From NCBI GenBank assembly GCA_964498095.1, contig CAZCFY010000008.1, positions 74,209 through 138,208 on the forward strand: 64,000 bases of DNA. Direction: 5' to 3'. Each line of letters opens with the position of its first letter. Position 1 is the stretch's first letter. Below, piece after piece: positions 34,133 to 43,498 of this stretch. The stretch is from an uncultured Bdellovibrionales bacterium. Lineage in GTDB: Bacteria > Bdellovibrionota > Bdellovibrionia > Bdellovibrionales > SG-bin7. The notes beneath the pieces are model-generated. The model was given only the letters and a program-made list of their open reading frames with translations. It did no database searches and was not told where the DNA came from. The position numbers were made by a program, and so were the translations under genes.

Positions 34133-34551
34133 TTTACATTGGCCTCAAGAGTTGCGACCTCTCCCTTGGAGGGGTCAGGCTTTATTGTTGGCTTCTTTGG
34201 GTCCGAGAAATCTACTTGTGTTGCACCGAGATGAATTATGCCGTTATCTTCCTTTAAAATTACAAAATACATATGTTCAAAACTGTCGTGGCCATCATTT
34301 ATAGTCCGCAAGAGCACCAAGTTATTTTTGTGACGAACCATTCCAATGAAGTTATCTTTTTTCAGATTTGAAACAGCGACGTTATAATATGCATTATCGG
34401 TTTTTGAGTCGGAGCTTTTTGTCAAAAAGAGTTCAGTGCTTCTTTTTCCGTCGGGAAGTAGATTGGTAAAAGTCCATACGCCCGAATTTAATCCTTTTGC
34501 GAGGGAGGTTATAGAGGTGCTTAAAGCCAAAATTAAAATTAGTTTTTTCAT
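34129..34551 (-). CDS. exported hypothetical protein
   Basis: ORF 34129-34662. The ATG at 34551 is preceded by a gggaga RBS and gives the signal peptide MKKLILILALSTSITSLAKG. Confidence 0.5.
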   Translation of the reverse strand: MKKLILILALSTSITSLAKGLNSGVWTFTNLLPDGKRSTELFLTKSSDSKTDNAYYNVAVSNLKKDNFIGMVRHKNNLVLLRTINDGHDSFEHMYFVILKEDNGIIHLGATQVDFSDPKKPTIKPDPSKGEVATLEANVK

Positions 34552-34749
34552 TTCACTATCTCCCAATTTTTTGTAAGTGCCGAAGCATTGATTGCGCTTC
34601 CGAATTTCACATCGATCTTCTGAAGATCTTTTGCCGAAATCAAATATTCTTTTGAAATCCAACCGTTCTTATCAAGTTTTCCAAGTTGGATGTGGGCAAT
34701 TTGATATTGTTCAAAGCCACCCCATAGAACCGGAGAACCGGATTTAACT

Positions 34750-34825
34750 TGGAGCGGGAGACGGGGCTCAAACCCGCGACCTTCGCCTTGGCAAGGCGAC
34801 GCTCTATCAACTGAGCTACTCCCGC
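34750..34825 (-). tRNA. tRNA-Gly (anticodon GCC), CCA encoded
   Basis: The reverse complement is GCGGGAG-TA-GCTC-AGTTGATA-GAGC-G-TCGCC-TTGCCAA-GGCGA-AGGTC-GCGGG-TTTGAGC-CCCGT-CTCCCGC-TCCA. It forms a full cloverleaf with a 7-bp acceptor stem and anticodon loop TT-GCC-AA. Confidence 0.95.
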
Positions 34826-34865
34826 AAAAGAGAGTCCTCAAAAGTAGGCGGGCGGGCGAAATATG

Positions 34866-35432
34866 TCAAACATTCTTTCGAATGACTAAAGCTTCCCGGT
34901 ATTGAATGCAATATTGGAAGGCTGAAATAAGACTCAAGATTACGCTAACCCATAAGCCCCAATACCCAATGGTTGGAAAGGGAATCCCTAAAATAGGGCG
35001 ATTTAAAAGAATCATTGGTATGCACGACAATTGAAAACCTGTCTTCCATTTGCCGAAAGGTTTAGCAGCAATTACTAGGTGGTCAGCGGCGGCGGCAGCG
35101 CGGACCCCACCAATAATTAAGTCACGCGTAAGTAGCAAACTCACCATGGTGGGATCAATTTTGCGAATTGGTAATAGCATAATGAGTGTCACAGAAACCA
35201 AAATTTTATCAGCGACAGGGTCCATCAGGCGGCCGAAATTGGACTCCACATTCCAAATGCGCGCAAAGTAACCGTCATAATAATCGGTAATCGCGCCGAT
35301 GATAAAGAGGCCGGCTGCCGCCAGCTCCCCCCATTCATCGCCCCAATAAATCGCTAGCGAAATAAATGGCGTCATCGCTATACGGGAAAGCGTGATGAGA
35401 CTTGGTAATTTTTCTTGGAACGGAGTCGCCAT
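34866..35432 (-). CDS. pgsA: CDP-diacylglycerol--glycerol-3-phosphate 3-phosphatidyltransferase
   Basis: CDP-alcohol phosphatidyltransferase signature DYYDGYFARIWNVESNFGRLMDPVADK (D-x2-DG-x2-AR-x8-G-x3-D-x3-D). The start is taken at Met25 (MATPFQEKLPSLITLSRI), which aligns with PgsA N-termini. Confidence 0.9.
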   Translation of the reverse strand: MATPFQEKLPSLITLSRIAMTPFISLAIYWGDEWGELAAAGLFIIGAITDYYDGYFARIWNVESNFGRLMDPVADKILVSVTLIMLLPIRKIDPTMVSLLLTRDLIIGGVRAAAAADHLVIAAKPFGKWKTGFQLSCIPMILLNRPILGIPFPTIGYWGLWVSVILSLISAFQYCIQYREALVIRKNV

Positions 35433-35449
35433 TTGTTTAGCATGAAGGG

Positions 35450-36061
35450 ATGATCTTGTTGTTGTCAATACTCCTTTCTGTGGTGAACGCTGACGAAAAA
35501 CCATTTTGGAAAACCAAGCCCGAAGTTTACCGAAGTATTGTCGACGACCGCGAAATTGTCGTGTCGGTGACTCATAAAAAACCCAGTAAAGCGGGCGAGC
35601 CGTACAGTTTTACTTATAAAGGCGCAGAAATCGTCGCGGTCCCTCTCGCTTTTTGCCAAAAAAAGATGCTTCAATACGAAAAGCTACCCGAAATTTCCTC
35701 CTACATTAAAGAAACCAAATATGACCCGGGAAAAAAAGAACTTTATTTTCATGGCGAAGCCTACGGCTTTCATGCCAAGATGTGGATGAAGTTAGAAACT
35801 GTAATTGCCGAAAATCATTTTGAAATGCACTTTGAAGTTTTAAGAGGCAATTTAGTGGGAATGAAGGGAATTGTTCGCTCTGAAGACTTTAAGCGTCAAA
35901 AAACCGAGATGAGTTTGGTGGGAGCGCAAAGTGCTCAAAAGTTGGGTATGCCAGCGATTTTATTAGATTTTGGCTTAGAAATTGTGTTGCAACAGGTGGC
36001 AAAGAAAATTAGGAATTATTTAGAGGCTGAATTCAAGAAGGAGCAAGGCATTGCAAGATGA
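35450..36061 (+). CDS. exported hypothetical protein
   Basis: Short signal-like N-terminus MILLLSILLSVVNA. 203 aa. Overlaps the next gene by 11 nt. Confidence 0.5.
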   Translation: MILLLSILLSVVNADEKPFWKTKPEVYRSIVDDREIVVSVTHKKPSKAGEPYSFTYKGAEIVAVPLAFCQKKMLQYEKLPEISSYIKETKYDPGKKELYFHGEAYGFHAKMWMKLETVIAENHFEMHFEVLRGNLVGMKGIVRSEDFKRQKTEMSLVGAQSAQKLGMPAILLDFGLEIVLQQVAKKIRNYLEAEFKKEQGIAR

Positions 36062-36794
36062 TTCGGGCAATTCATGGCCCAATAAGCGGCGATATCCGCG
36101 CATAGTCATTCCTCATGAAAAAGCCGATCTGCACACGATCATTGGTATCAACGCGCAAATTCCCTCCGGTGAAAAAGTTCCTGTTTTAGATTTAAGTTAT
36201 AATGGCGCAGCGATCCTGCGTGTTAATGCTCCCGGAGTAGAAAAAATTGGACAGAGCTTGCCGCTCCAATTTGTTTTCGAAGGCCATCTCTTAAAACCCG
36301 TGACAACGGAAGTTGTGCGTACGTCTGACTCTGCTGTGGGTTTGCGTTTTGCCGAAATGTCGCCAGAGACACGGCTCGATTTTGATAAACTCATGAGTGA
36401 TAAAATGTTGGGAGTAAATACTCATCGCGTACGCACCGATCTTTTAAATTCACGTGACCGCCGTCACAACTTAAGTCACTGGTACCACGGCCCCAAAGAC
36501 ACCAATATTTATATTTGGCGAGACGGCGAAAAGCTTACAAAATTTATTATCGAAATCGATTATCAGATGATCGAGTATGAAAGTGAAGTTATGGCTTTTG
36601 CGCAAACTTTGCCGGAAACTGAATTTTTCCGGGAAGGCTATTCTGGCTATGCCGACGTGCGCGCTTCATCCAACGTGAGTTTTTCGCAAGCCGATCTCGT
36701 CAAGCGCGCCATTAATATTTTAAGTCACATTCCTAAAAAAGGCGCTGTCATTGATTCGGTGATAGAAGTATTGATGAAGAGAGTGAGAAGCTAA
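36051..36794 (+). CDS. PilZ domain protein (c-di-GMP receptor type)
   Basis: RRYPR (RxxxR) and DLSYNGAAIL (D/NxSxxG) lie at the canonical spacing. Confidence 0.75.
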   Translation: MQDDSGNSWPNKRRYPRIVIPHEKADLHTIIGINAQIPSGEKVPVLDLSYNGAAILRVNAPGVEKIGQSLPLQFVFEGHLLKPVTTEVVRTSDSAVGLRFAEMSPETRLDFDKLMSDKMLGVNTHRVRTDLLNSRDRRHNLSHWYHGPKDTNIYIWRDGEKLTKFIIEIDYQMIEYESEVMAFAQTLPETEFFREGYSGYADVRASSNVSFSQADLVKRAINILSHIPKKGAVIDSVIEVLMKRVRS

Positions 36795-37219
36795 TGCGCT
36801 TAAAAGAATTTATCTATGAGCGCCCCGTGGCCTACTATGAAACCGACGCAATGGGAGTTGTGCATCACTCAAATTTCATAAGACTTTTTGAAGACGCGCG
36901 TGTGGCTTGGCTGCGTGAGCGTGGCCTTGATAAAGTTCACGCGCCTCACTCCGACGTAGTCTTTGCGGTTGTAGATGCCCAGTGCCAATATATGAAGCCG
37001 CTAAAATTTGGCGATAGTGCGCAGGTGCGTGTGCAAGTGCAAGGCGAAGGTGCAAAAGTAAAATTTCGTTATGCCGTTTATCGCAATGAAGAAAAAGATC
37101 CCGCGTCAACGGGGTGTACTTTACATGTGGCCGTTGATAAAAATTTTCGTATTACCAAACCACCGGCAGCCTTGGTAAGCGTTTTGAAGGAGGAAGCATG
37201 GACAGAAATCTGGCCCTAG
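36794..37219 (+). CDS. acyl-CoA thioesterase, YbgC/4HBT (hot-dog) family
   Basis: YYETDAMGVVHHSNFIRLFEDARVAWLRE is the typical 4HBT catalytic region. 141 aa. Confidence 0.85.
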   Translation: MRLKEFIYERPVAYYETDAMGVVHHSNFIRLFEDARVAWLRERGLDKVHAPHSDVVFAVVDAQCQYMKPLKFGDSAQVRVQVQGEGAKVKFRYAVYRNEEKDPASTGCTLHVAVDKNFRITKPPAALVSVLKEEAWTEIWP

Positions 37220-38160
37220 AATTCGTACGTATCACCGAGGCCGCAGCCCTAGCCTGTTCGCGGTGGATGGGCCGTGGAGATGAAAAAAAAGCCGACCAAG
37301 CCGCTGTCGATGCCATGAGAAAAGCGTTTGATACCGTTCGCATTGACGGGACTGTTGTCATCGGTGAAGGCGAACGCGACGAAGCTCCTATGTTATATAT
37401 CGGCGAAAAAGTGGGACTAAAAGATGCCCGCGTTCCCGAGTGTGATATTGCTTTAGATCCGCTCGAGGGCACGACCATTTGCGCGCGCGGCAGTGTGGGG
37501 GCGATTTCCGTTATTGCCATTGCCGAAAAAGGAAATTTCCTGCATGCGCCTGATGTTTACATGGATAAAATTGCCGTTGGGCCCCGTTGCGTTGGTCACG
37601 TGAGTATTGATCAAACGCCCACCGAAAATATTAAAGCCGTAGCCAAAGCCCTCAATAAACATATTAGTGAGGTCACGGTTATAATTTTAGACCGTCCCCG
37701 CCACGAAAATTTGATTAAAGAAGTCCGCGGCACGGGAGCAAGGATTCAGCTCATCGGTGACGGCGACGTCTCTGCAGCAGTAGCATGTAGCATGGAAGAC
37801 ACCGGTATTGACATGCTCTTAGGTGTTGGTGGTGCGCCGGAAGGTGTAATTTCGGCGGCGGCACTTAAATGCCTGGGCGGCGACTTCCAGGGGCGGCTGG
37901 TTTTTCATAAGGAAGAACAAAAAGAGCGCGCGCGCCGCATGGGAGTTAGTGATTTAGCAAAAGCTTATCAACTTAACGATCTCGCGGCGGGACAGGTTAT
38001 GTTTTGCGCCACCGGCGTAACAGATGGGCCGCTTTTAAAGGGCGTTAAATTTTTAAGTAACGGTAAAGTAACTACGCATTCCGTAGTCATGCGTTCGCGT
38101 ACGGGTACGATTCGCAATATCGAAGCCGTGCACAATCCCGATAAAATTAAAATGGTATAA
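37198..38160 (+). CDS. glpX: class II fructose-1,6-bisphosphatase
   Basis: N-terminus MDRNLALEFVRITEAAALACSRWMGRGDEKKADQAAVDAMR, then DPLEGTT and LGVGGAPEGV. 320 aa, colinear with GlpX. Confidence 0.95.
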   Translation: MDRNLALEFVRITEAAALACSRWMGRGDEKKADQAAVDAMRKAFDTVRIDGTVVIGEGERDEAPMLYIGEKVGLKDARVPECDIALDPLEGTTICARGSVGAISVIAIAEKGNFLHAPDVYMDKIAVGPRCVGHVSIDQTPTENIKAVAKALNKHISEVTVIILDRPRHENLIKEVRGTGARIQLIGDGDVSAAVACSMEDTGIDMLLGVGGAPEGVISAAALKCLGGDFQGRLVFHKEEQKERARRMGVSDLAKAYQLNDLAAGQVMFCATGVTDGPLLKGVKFLSNGKVTTHSVVMRSRTGTIRNIEAVHNPDKIKMV

Positions 38161-38171
38161 GGAGAGATTTC

Positions 38172-38603
38172 ATGGCAACGGCACAAACATCGGCAGTTTT
38201 TAATTGTACCCCCGAGGAGTTTTATAAGATCGTCTCCGATTACCAAAAATATCCGGAGTTTTTAAAAGAAGTCACCGCTTGCCAGGTCTTGCGCGAAGAA
38301 AACGGCAAAAAGCTCGTCGAGTTTAGCTTATCTTTGATGAAGACTTTTTCCTACACTCTGTGGATGAAGGAAGAGCCAAATAAGAAAGTTTCCTGGGAAT
38401 TCGGCTCGGGAGATATTTTTAAATTTAATTCGGGTTCTTGGACTATAGAGGATGAAGGGGGTAAGGCCCGCGCGACTTATCATTTAGAAGTCGAGTTCAC
38501 ACTCTTTGTACCGAAGTTTATTGCCAACGGCCTTGTTAGCGTAAATCTGCCCAATATGATTAGTAGTTATCACAAACGCGTAAGTGACCTTTATAAAAAG
38601 TAG
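38172..38603 (+). CDS. SRPBCC (polyketide cyclase/dehydrase, RatA/COQ10-like) family protein
   Basis: 143 aa. FYKIVSDYQKYPEFLKEV ... W.F..G..F....G.W... is typical of the polyketide_cyc2 layout. Confidence 0.7.
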   Translation: MATAQTSAVFNCTPEEFYKIVSDYQKYPEFLKEVTACQVLREENGKKLVEFSLSLMKTFSYTLWMKEEPNKKVSWEFGSGDIFKFNSGSWTIEDEGGKARATYHLEVEFTLFVPKFIANGLVSVNLPNMISSYHKRVSDLYKK

Positions 38604-38614
38604 GATAAGTAGTT

Positions 38615-38959
38615 ATGAGTGATGAAAAAGACAATAAAGATAATAATGAGAGCGCTGAAGGTATTGGTGTCGGCGAAGGTTTAAAAAAATTATTTGCCGC
38701 AGGACTTAGTGCGGCCTTTATGACGGAAGAAAGTATTCGCAGCTATTTGTCTGACATAAAATTACCCAAAGAAGTTTTGTCGTTAATGATCTCAGGAGCT
38801 TCGAAATCCAAAGATGAATTTATGAATCGCGTATCTAGCGAAGTCGTTAAAATTTTATCTAAAATTGATTTCGTTAAAGAAGCTTCGCGCTTTGTCGAAG
38901 AACACAAATTTCGCGTCAGTGCCGAAATCGAAGTGGTGAAAAAGAAAGAAGACGCCTAG
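38615..38959 (+). CDS. hypothetical protein
   Basis: 114 aa, acidic N-terminus, helical. Last gene of the + strand operon. Confidence 0.5.
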   Translation: MSDEKDNKDNNESAEGIGVGEGLKKLFAAGLSAAFMTEESIRSYLSDIKLPKEVLSLMISGASKSKDEFMNRVSSEVVKILSKIDFVKEASRFVEEHKFRVSAEIEVVKKKEDA

Positions 38960-39816
38960 TACCGCGAATAACCCTCAAACTCAAAACGGTAGGGCGTTGG
39001 CGCATCACCAGGAAGTGGCGCTTCGTTGGAGTATTGGTTTTTGTCAAAGATGGTATGCGTGGGTATCATTTCATTGGGCTGGCCTAGAGCCTCTGGCAAA
39101 CCAATTCGATTTTCATTTACGTTTGTCGTGTCGGGCGCAAAATCAGGTATGACGCCACCCATTTTTTTAACTTGTTCTTCCCACGCTTCGCCGATGCGAT
39201 CGGCGGGCAGGGGATTGGCGGTTTGCACCTGGCTCCCGTTTAAATAATTTCCGTCGCGTAAAAATGAAAATGGAGATTTTGGTTCGGTAATTGACGAATA
39301 AGCAATATAGCTTTCGACAAAGCCAACGATATCTTCATGAGGATTATGTATTTCGCGAATGGCGACACTTAAATGAATCATAAACTTCCAGACCGGGAGT
39401 TCTTCGCCGTGGGTATTACCTAGGGTCGTTAATTCGGTGTAAGCCATATCCAGAAGTTGCTGGGCAAAAAAGGTTTTTGGATTTTGTCCGTTAGTATATT
39501 TACTGTCGACCTGAAATATGAGTCTATCGGTAAAATAGATGCGCTGTTTTATTTCGTGATGTTTACGGTGGAGCTCTTCTATTTGCTGTAAAGAAATATT
39601 GAGATTGTTTTGCGCCTGCTTTTCGCCTTTGGCCGTAATGTGCACCGTTTGCGTCGACAGAATCTGCGCGATCATGAGTTTATTTACTTCACTCAGATTT
39701 AAATTATAGCTTTCTTGAACGATTTTTAGTTTGCGTAACAAGTCGCTGCGCTGGTCTGCTTGGGCCACCGCCGTAAAAAGTAAAACTGAAAATATTATTT
39801 TAAAGCGAAGTAACAT
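38956..39816 (-). CDS. exported hypothetical protein
   Basis: Signal peptide MLLRFKIIFSVLLFTAVAQA. Overlaps the upstream gene by 17 nt. Confidence 0.55.
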   Translation of the reverse strand: MLLRFKIIFSVLLFTAVAQADQRSDLLRKLKIVQESYNLNLSEVNKLMIAQILSTQTVHITAKGEKQAQNNLNISLQQIEELHRKHHEIKQRIYFTDRLIFQVDSKYTNGQNPKTFFAQQLLDMAYTELTTLGNTHGEELPVWKFMIHLSVAIREIHNPHEDIVGFVESYIAYSSITEPKSPFSFLRDGNYLNGSQVQTANPLPADRIGEAWEEQVKKMGGVIPDFAPDTTNVNENRIGLPEALGQPNEMIPTHTIFDKNQYSNEAPLPGDAPTPYRFEFEGYSRY

Positions 39817-40498
39817 TGCGTTCTACCTTTTGCCGCCATTGAAATTGCAGTTCCGCTGCTTGTCTAACCGCCGCTTCGACATGCATATTGTTAATCGGCA
39901 AATTTAATTGGGGAGTCGGCTCTTGACTGACTGCCATGTTGTTAATGATTTGCGCTAAATAGGGTTTCACTCTTTTCATGGGCGAAAAGGGCGTTGACTC
40001 AATAAACGACCCGTGAAAGCGGTCATTGCGAGTACTCACCAGTTCTATAAAAGCTTGCGTTGCGGCCTCAAACTTTAAAGCCTGAATTTGTGTGTGCAGA
40101 AGACGCGTGCCGTTCTCGATTTGGTGGCGGCGCAGTAAATAGTCTAAGCGAGAGTAATTAAATTCTAAAGTTTGCGCGAGGTTTTGTAACCATTCTTTGG
40201 GGCGGCTTAAGCGTTCACTATTGGTGTTGGAATCGTTGATTTGCGCTAATATAAAATCGCATTCATTTTGTAACTTCGCCGGGAACTGATCTTCTAAAGG
40301 TTTAATCTCGGTCTTAATTAATTGTACTAAGATATTAAAATCATGCGCGGAAAGTGTATCGTTATTGGCAGCAATGAGTTTTGTGGCATCAGCATAGAAG
40401 CGCGCCAGACCCACTGCTTTAGCTAACCTTACGTCGGTGTGTGCTTGGGCAGATAGGCTTAGTAAGCTCATTAACAGTAGAACCAGGTTTGATTTCAT
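39800..40498 (-). CDS. exported hypothetical protein
   Basis: Signal peptide MKSNLVLLLMSLLSLSAQA. All-helical. Confidence 0.55.
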   Translation of the reverse strand: MKSNLVLLLMSLLSLSAQAHTDVRLAKAVGLARFYADATKLIAANNDTLSAHDFNILVQLIKTEIKPLEDQFPAKLQNECDFILAQINDSNTNSERLSRPKEWLQNLAQTLEFNYSRLDYLLRRHQIENGTRLLHTQIQALKFEAATQAFIELVSTRNDRFHGSFIESTPFSPMKRVKPYLAQIINNMAVSQEPTPQLNLPINNMHVEAAVRQAAELQFQWRQKVERNVTSL

Positions 40499-40663
40499 CC
40501 TTTACCTCAATCCTATAAAGAGCACAGGCTATGCCAAAAAAGTTGTGGTAACGTATTGAAAATACGTAGGTTTCCTCAGCTTTATGGGGGCTCTGAATAA
40601 ATCGCCAATTCCGGGTTCACAGCTGTCTGGAGTTTAGACGCTTTAAAACCGATAAGAATTCAC

Positions 40664-41905
40664 ATGGGAAAGCCGATCCATATACTTATAATTGCTCAAG
40701 ATATCGCGACTTACCGGGCCTTCGCGCAGGAAATTAGCGAGCGCGGTTGGCAGGTAGGAGTTGTCGGGTCATTTGGTGAGGCGTTAACCTATTTAGCGAC
40801 GGATTGTCCGCGCGTGGTGATGATTAGTTATAACCACGAAGACATAAATTTAAAAAATTCCCCCAAAATTTTGGAGCGGCGGTTTGGTGTTCAGTGCGTG
40901 GCATTTTGCGAGCGCCGGGCGAAAAATACCGCTAAACTTTTGCTGCAGTCGGGACTAAAAAATTTATTGTTTCCGCCAATTACGGCTGACGCTATTTTTG
41001 ATAAAGTCTCGCGTATGTTGCGAGATAAAGATGACCGGCCAAAATCTCGCAAACAAAATAAAAATGATTCCACCGGGCTTAATCGTCCACTTTTTGAAGA
41101 TGACAGCGCTGGACCCAAAGCGAAATCCGGCGCGCTCTTTGAGGTGCCGCCGCCGCAAATAAACATTCACGATTTGAATCAAGAGCCTCCGCTGTCCATG
41201 GTTGGCGAGTTGAGCGGCGACAAGAAGACTTGGTACGAAGCGGTTGTGGTGCCGAGTCTCGAAAAAGTCAGCGAGTCCTTTGTTGTTGATCCTGCCGTTG
41301 ATCTAACGCTGGATAATTGTTTTGCGGGCTTACCCATTCGCTGCGATAAATTTAACGGAATTTTGTGGTTGCTAGCGCCAGTACGTCCTGAGTCCATCGG
41401 TAGTTTTTTGGATAAATTAGCAAGTGAATTAAAAAGGCGCATGTCGACTCTAGGGCAAAAATTTTCTTGCGGAGCCCCGATCAAATTTTTCTTGCGTAAA
41501 GATGAGCGATTTTTACTGTTAAGCAAGACACAAAATAAATTAAATTGGGAACTAAGTAATATTGAATGGCAATCGGGACTTGTGCCTTCGGACATAATGG
41601 AACCCAAAACGCAAAGTTCCAAGGATCAAAAGATTATTACCATCGAGACGTGCGATATTGATTTACAAACTGACGTCACCTTTAATCTGTATATTCACCT
41701 TCCAAAAAACAAAAAGTTTTATCTTTTCGTGCGTAAGGGAAGGACCATTACCGAAAAACGCCTAGAGCGTTTAAATGCGACCGAACATGAGCTGTTCATT
41801 CAACGCCAAGATTTAGAAATGTTTCGCTCGTATGTTTTTAAAAATCGGCTCCTCCGACAACTCGCCAATGAAATTGGCAAAAAGGTTCCAGGTTCTTTTT
41901 GGTAA
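40664..41905 (+). CDS. pseudo-receiver (REC-like) domain protein with an uncharacterised C-terminal region
   Basis: N-terminus IHILIIAQDIATYRAFAQEISERGWQVGVVGSFGEALTYL..PRVVMISYN has the CheY-like alternation but lacks the canonical DD pair and the phospho-acceptor Asp. Confidence 0.5.
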   Translation: MGKPIHILIIAQDIATYRAFAQEISERGWQVGVVGSFGEALTYLATDCPRVVMISYNHEDINLKNSPKILERRFGVQCVAFCERRAKNTAKLLLQSGLKNLLFPPITADAIFDKVSRMLRDKDDRPKSRKQNKNDSTGLNRPLFEDDSAGPKAKSGALFEVPPPQINIHDLNQEPPLSMVGELSGDKKTWYEAVVVPSLEKVSESFVVDPAVDLTLDNCFAGLPIRCDKFNGILWLLAPVRPESIGSFLDKLASELKRRMSTLGQKFSCGAPIKFFLRKDERFLLLSKTQNKLNWELSNIEWQSGLVPSDIMEPKTQSSKDQKIITIETCDIDLQTDVTFNLYIHLPKNKKFYLFVRKGRTITEKRLERLNATEHELFIQRQDLEMFRSYVFKNRLLRQLANEIGKKVPGSFW

Positions 41906-41924
41906 CTAGGGTGCGTCAAAATAG

Positions 41925-42758
41925 TCAGTAAAACCCCGCAGGTCGCGAAAAAACCCCGGCAGGTAACTCGATGCGAATGCAGGCAAGACAGAAAAATTCA
42001 CCCTGGTAGTTGGGGGCATTGGCAGATATTCCTTTGTAAAGAGAGTCACCGATTATCGGGGAGCCTTCAAACGCCAACTGAGCACGGATTTGGTGACTTC
42101 GGCCAGTGATCAGTTCAATTTCGCTGGTATAGCTTCCGCCGTTGGAGTCGTCTAGCGTGGCCCGCTCCCAAACGTTACTTGTTACAACAAGTTCACACTT
42201 CTTCCAATTTGGCTGTTCTTCGCGCGAAAGAATTTTAGGCGCTCGTGCTGACGGCATCATGTAATGAACGTGTCTACCGACGTTTACGGGGTTTTCTGTT
42301 TGGGCGACATAGAATTTTTTAATTTCTTTGCGCATAAAGGCCTCATTAATTTTCGCTTGGGTCGGTAAATTTTTAGCCAAAATTAAAACGCCCTGCGTAC
42401 CAATGTCTAAACGATGGGTATGAAAAAGTTCTTGGCCCTTAAATTTTCGCATCGCTACAAGCACATTCTCAAGTGCATTATCAAGTGTCGGATGCACGGG
42501 GATGCCATACGGCTTATCGATGATCATGAGATCACGGTCTTCGTAAATCGTAAGTTGGTTCCAGTCTATTTTGCCAACAGGATAGCGCTTAGGCTGAGTA
42601 TGGACGCGAAGGTAATCGCCTTCTTTAAGTTTTAAATTTTGATTCGCCCGCGTGTGGTTAATATACACAGATCCAAGATCTATCAGGTTTTGGCTGGCTA
42701 AAGACAAAAGCTCACTAGGTTTATCAATTAAATAGTGTTCAATCCCAGGCATTAACAC
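41925..42758 (-). CDS. RluA-family pseudouridine synthase
   Basis: Catalytic motif HRLDIGTQGVLILAKN, an S4-like N-terminus, and HQIRAQLA near the C-terminus. Confidence 0.9.
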   Translation of the reverse strand: MLMPGIEHYLIDKPSELLSLASQNLIDLGSVYINHTRANQNLKLKEGDYLRVHTQPKRYPVGKIDWNQLTIYEDRDLMIIDKPYGIPVHPTLDNALENVLVAMRKFKGQELFHTHRLDIGTQGVLILAKNLPTQAKINEAFMRKEIKKFYVAQTENPVNVGRHVHYMMPSARAPKILSREEQPNWKKCELVVTSNVWERATLDDSNGGSYTSEIELITGRSHQIRAQLAFEGSPIIGDSLYKGISANAPNYQGEFFCLACIRIELPAGVFSRPAGFY

Positions 42759-42972
42759 CGCTTAGCAGGAAGGGCGCCGACGCTCAATGGTTTATTCGTG
42801 GCTAATGCGGATGAGTGGCCGACTTTTTCTTTATGGCCCGTTTACATCACTTCCGGCACCAAACGAAAAAATCAATTATCAATACCGAGAACTGCAATTG
42901 CGCGTTTCAAGAAAAAGACAGGTCCTTTAGGAAGGTTAACGCAAGTGCGCTACCAAAAAGAACCTGGAACCT

Positions 42973-43437
42973 TTATGCGGCTTCGTCTTCTGATAAGGCG
43001 AGGTCGGGAGCGAACCTTTCTAAACGGATCTTGCCGGAGTCGATAAGCTGTCTGACCTTTTCGATGACTTTGATGGAAGCGGCGTGAACTTCGTTAGGAT
43101 TGGGAGTTAGGATGGTGAAGAATTCCTCGATTTCGCGCTTTTTCAAATGAGGTAACGTAGCGATGGCCTTTTCTAAACCCGGTTGGCCCACTTTTTTTAA
43201 GGCGATGGCCAACGTGCGCGGCGGGATTTCGCTGGCAAACTCACCAACGACTTCCACGGGCCATGAAAACATTAGGTCCATCGTTAGCATTTTTTTAGAA
43301 ATTGTCATTGCCCAGCTGGGGTCTTCTTTTTTTACTATATCCATGAATTGAGTCTGCTTGCTGGAGGTACACGTTTCGATAAGTTGAAGTAATTGGCGAA
43401 AGCCACCTTTTTTGCGATAGCGGTCAAGCATACCCAT
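42973..43437 (-). CDS. FliG C-terminal-domain-like protein
   Basis: 154 aa. EIPPRTLAIALKKVGQPGLEKAIATLPHLKKREIEEFF resembles the FliG middle/C-terminal helical repeat. It is not next to flagellar genes. Confidence 0.45.
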   Translation of the reverse strand: MGMLDRYRKKGGFRQLLQLIETCTSSKQTQFMDIVKKEDPSWAMTISKKMLTMDLMFSWPVEVVGEFASEIPPRTLAIALKKVGQPGLEKAIATLPHLKKREIEEFFTILTPNPNEVHAASIKVIEKVRQLIDSGKIRLERFAPDLALSEDEAA

Positions 43438-43498
43438 GTTTTGACTCCTTTTGAGACTATTAGGCGATATCTATTAATCGGAGTCAGTGCCAGTGGTC

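Noticed and set aside
19930-34750. Prophage or integrative element call for the accessory block
   Set aside because: I recognised no integrase, transposase, capsid, terminase, portal or conjugation genes. It is therefore reported only as an accessory-looking region.
34548-34841. 97-aa ORF on the minus strand
   Set aside because: It runs straight through the tRNA-Gly gene (34750-34825) and the upstream intergenic DNA. Its composition is not protein-like.
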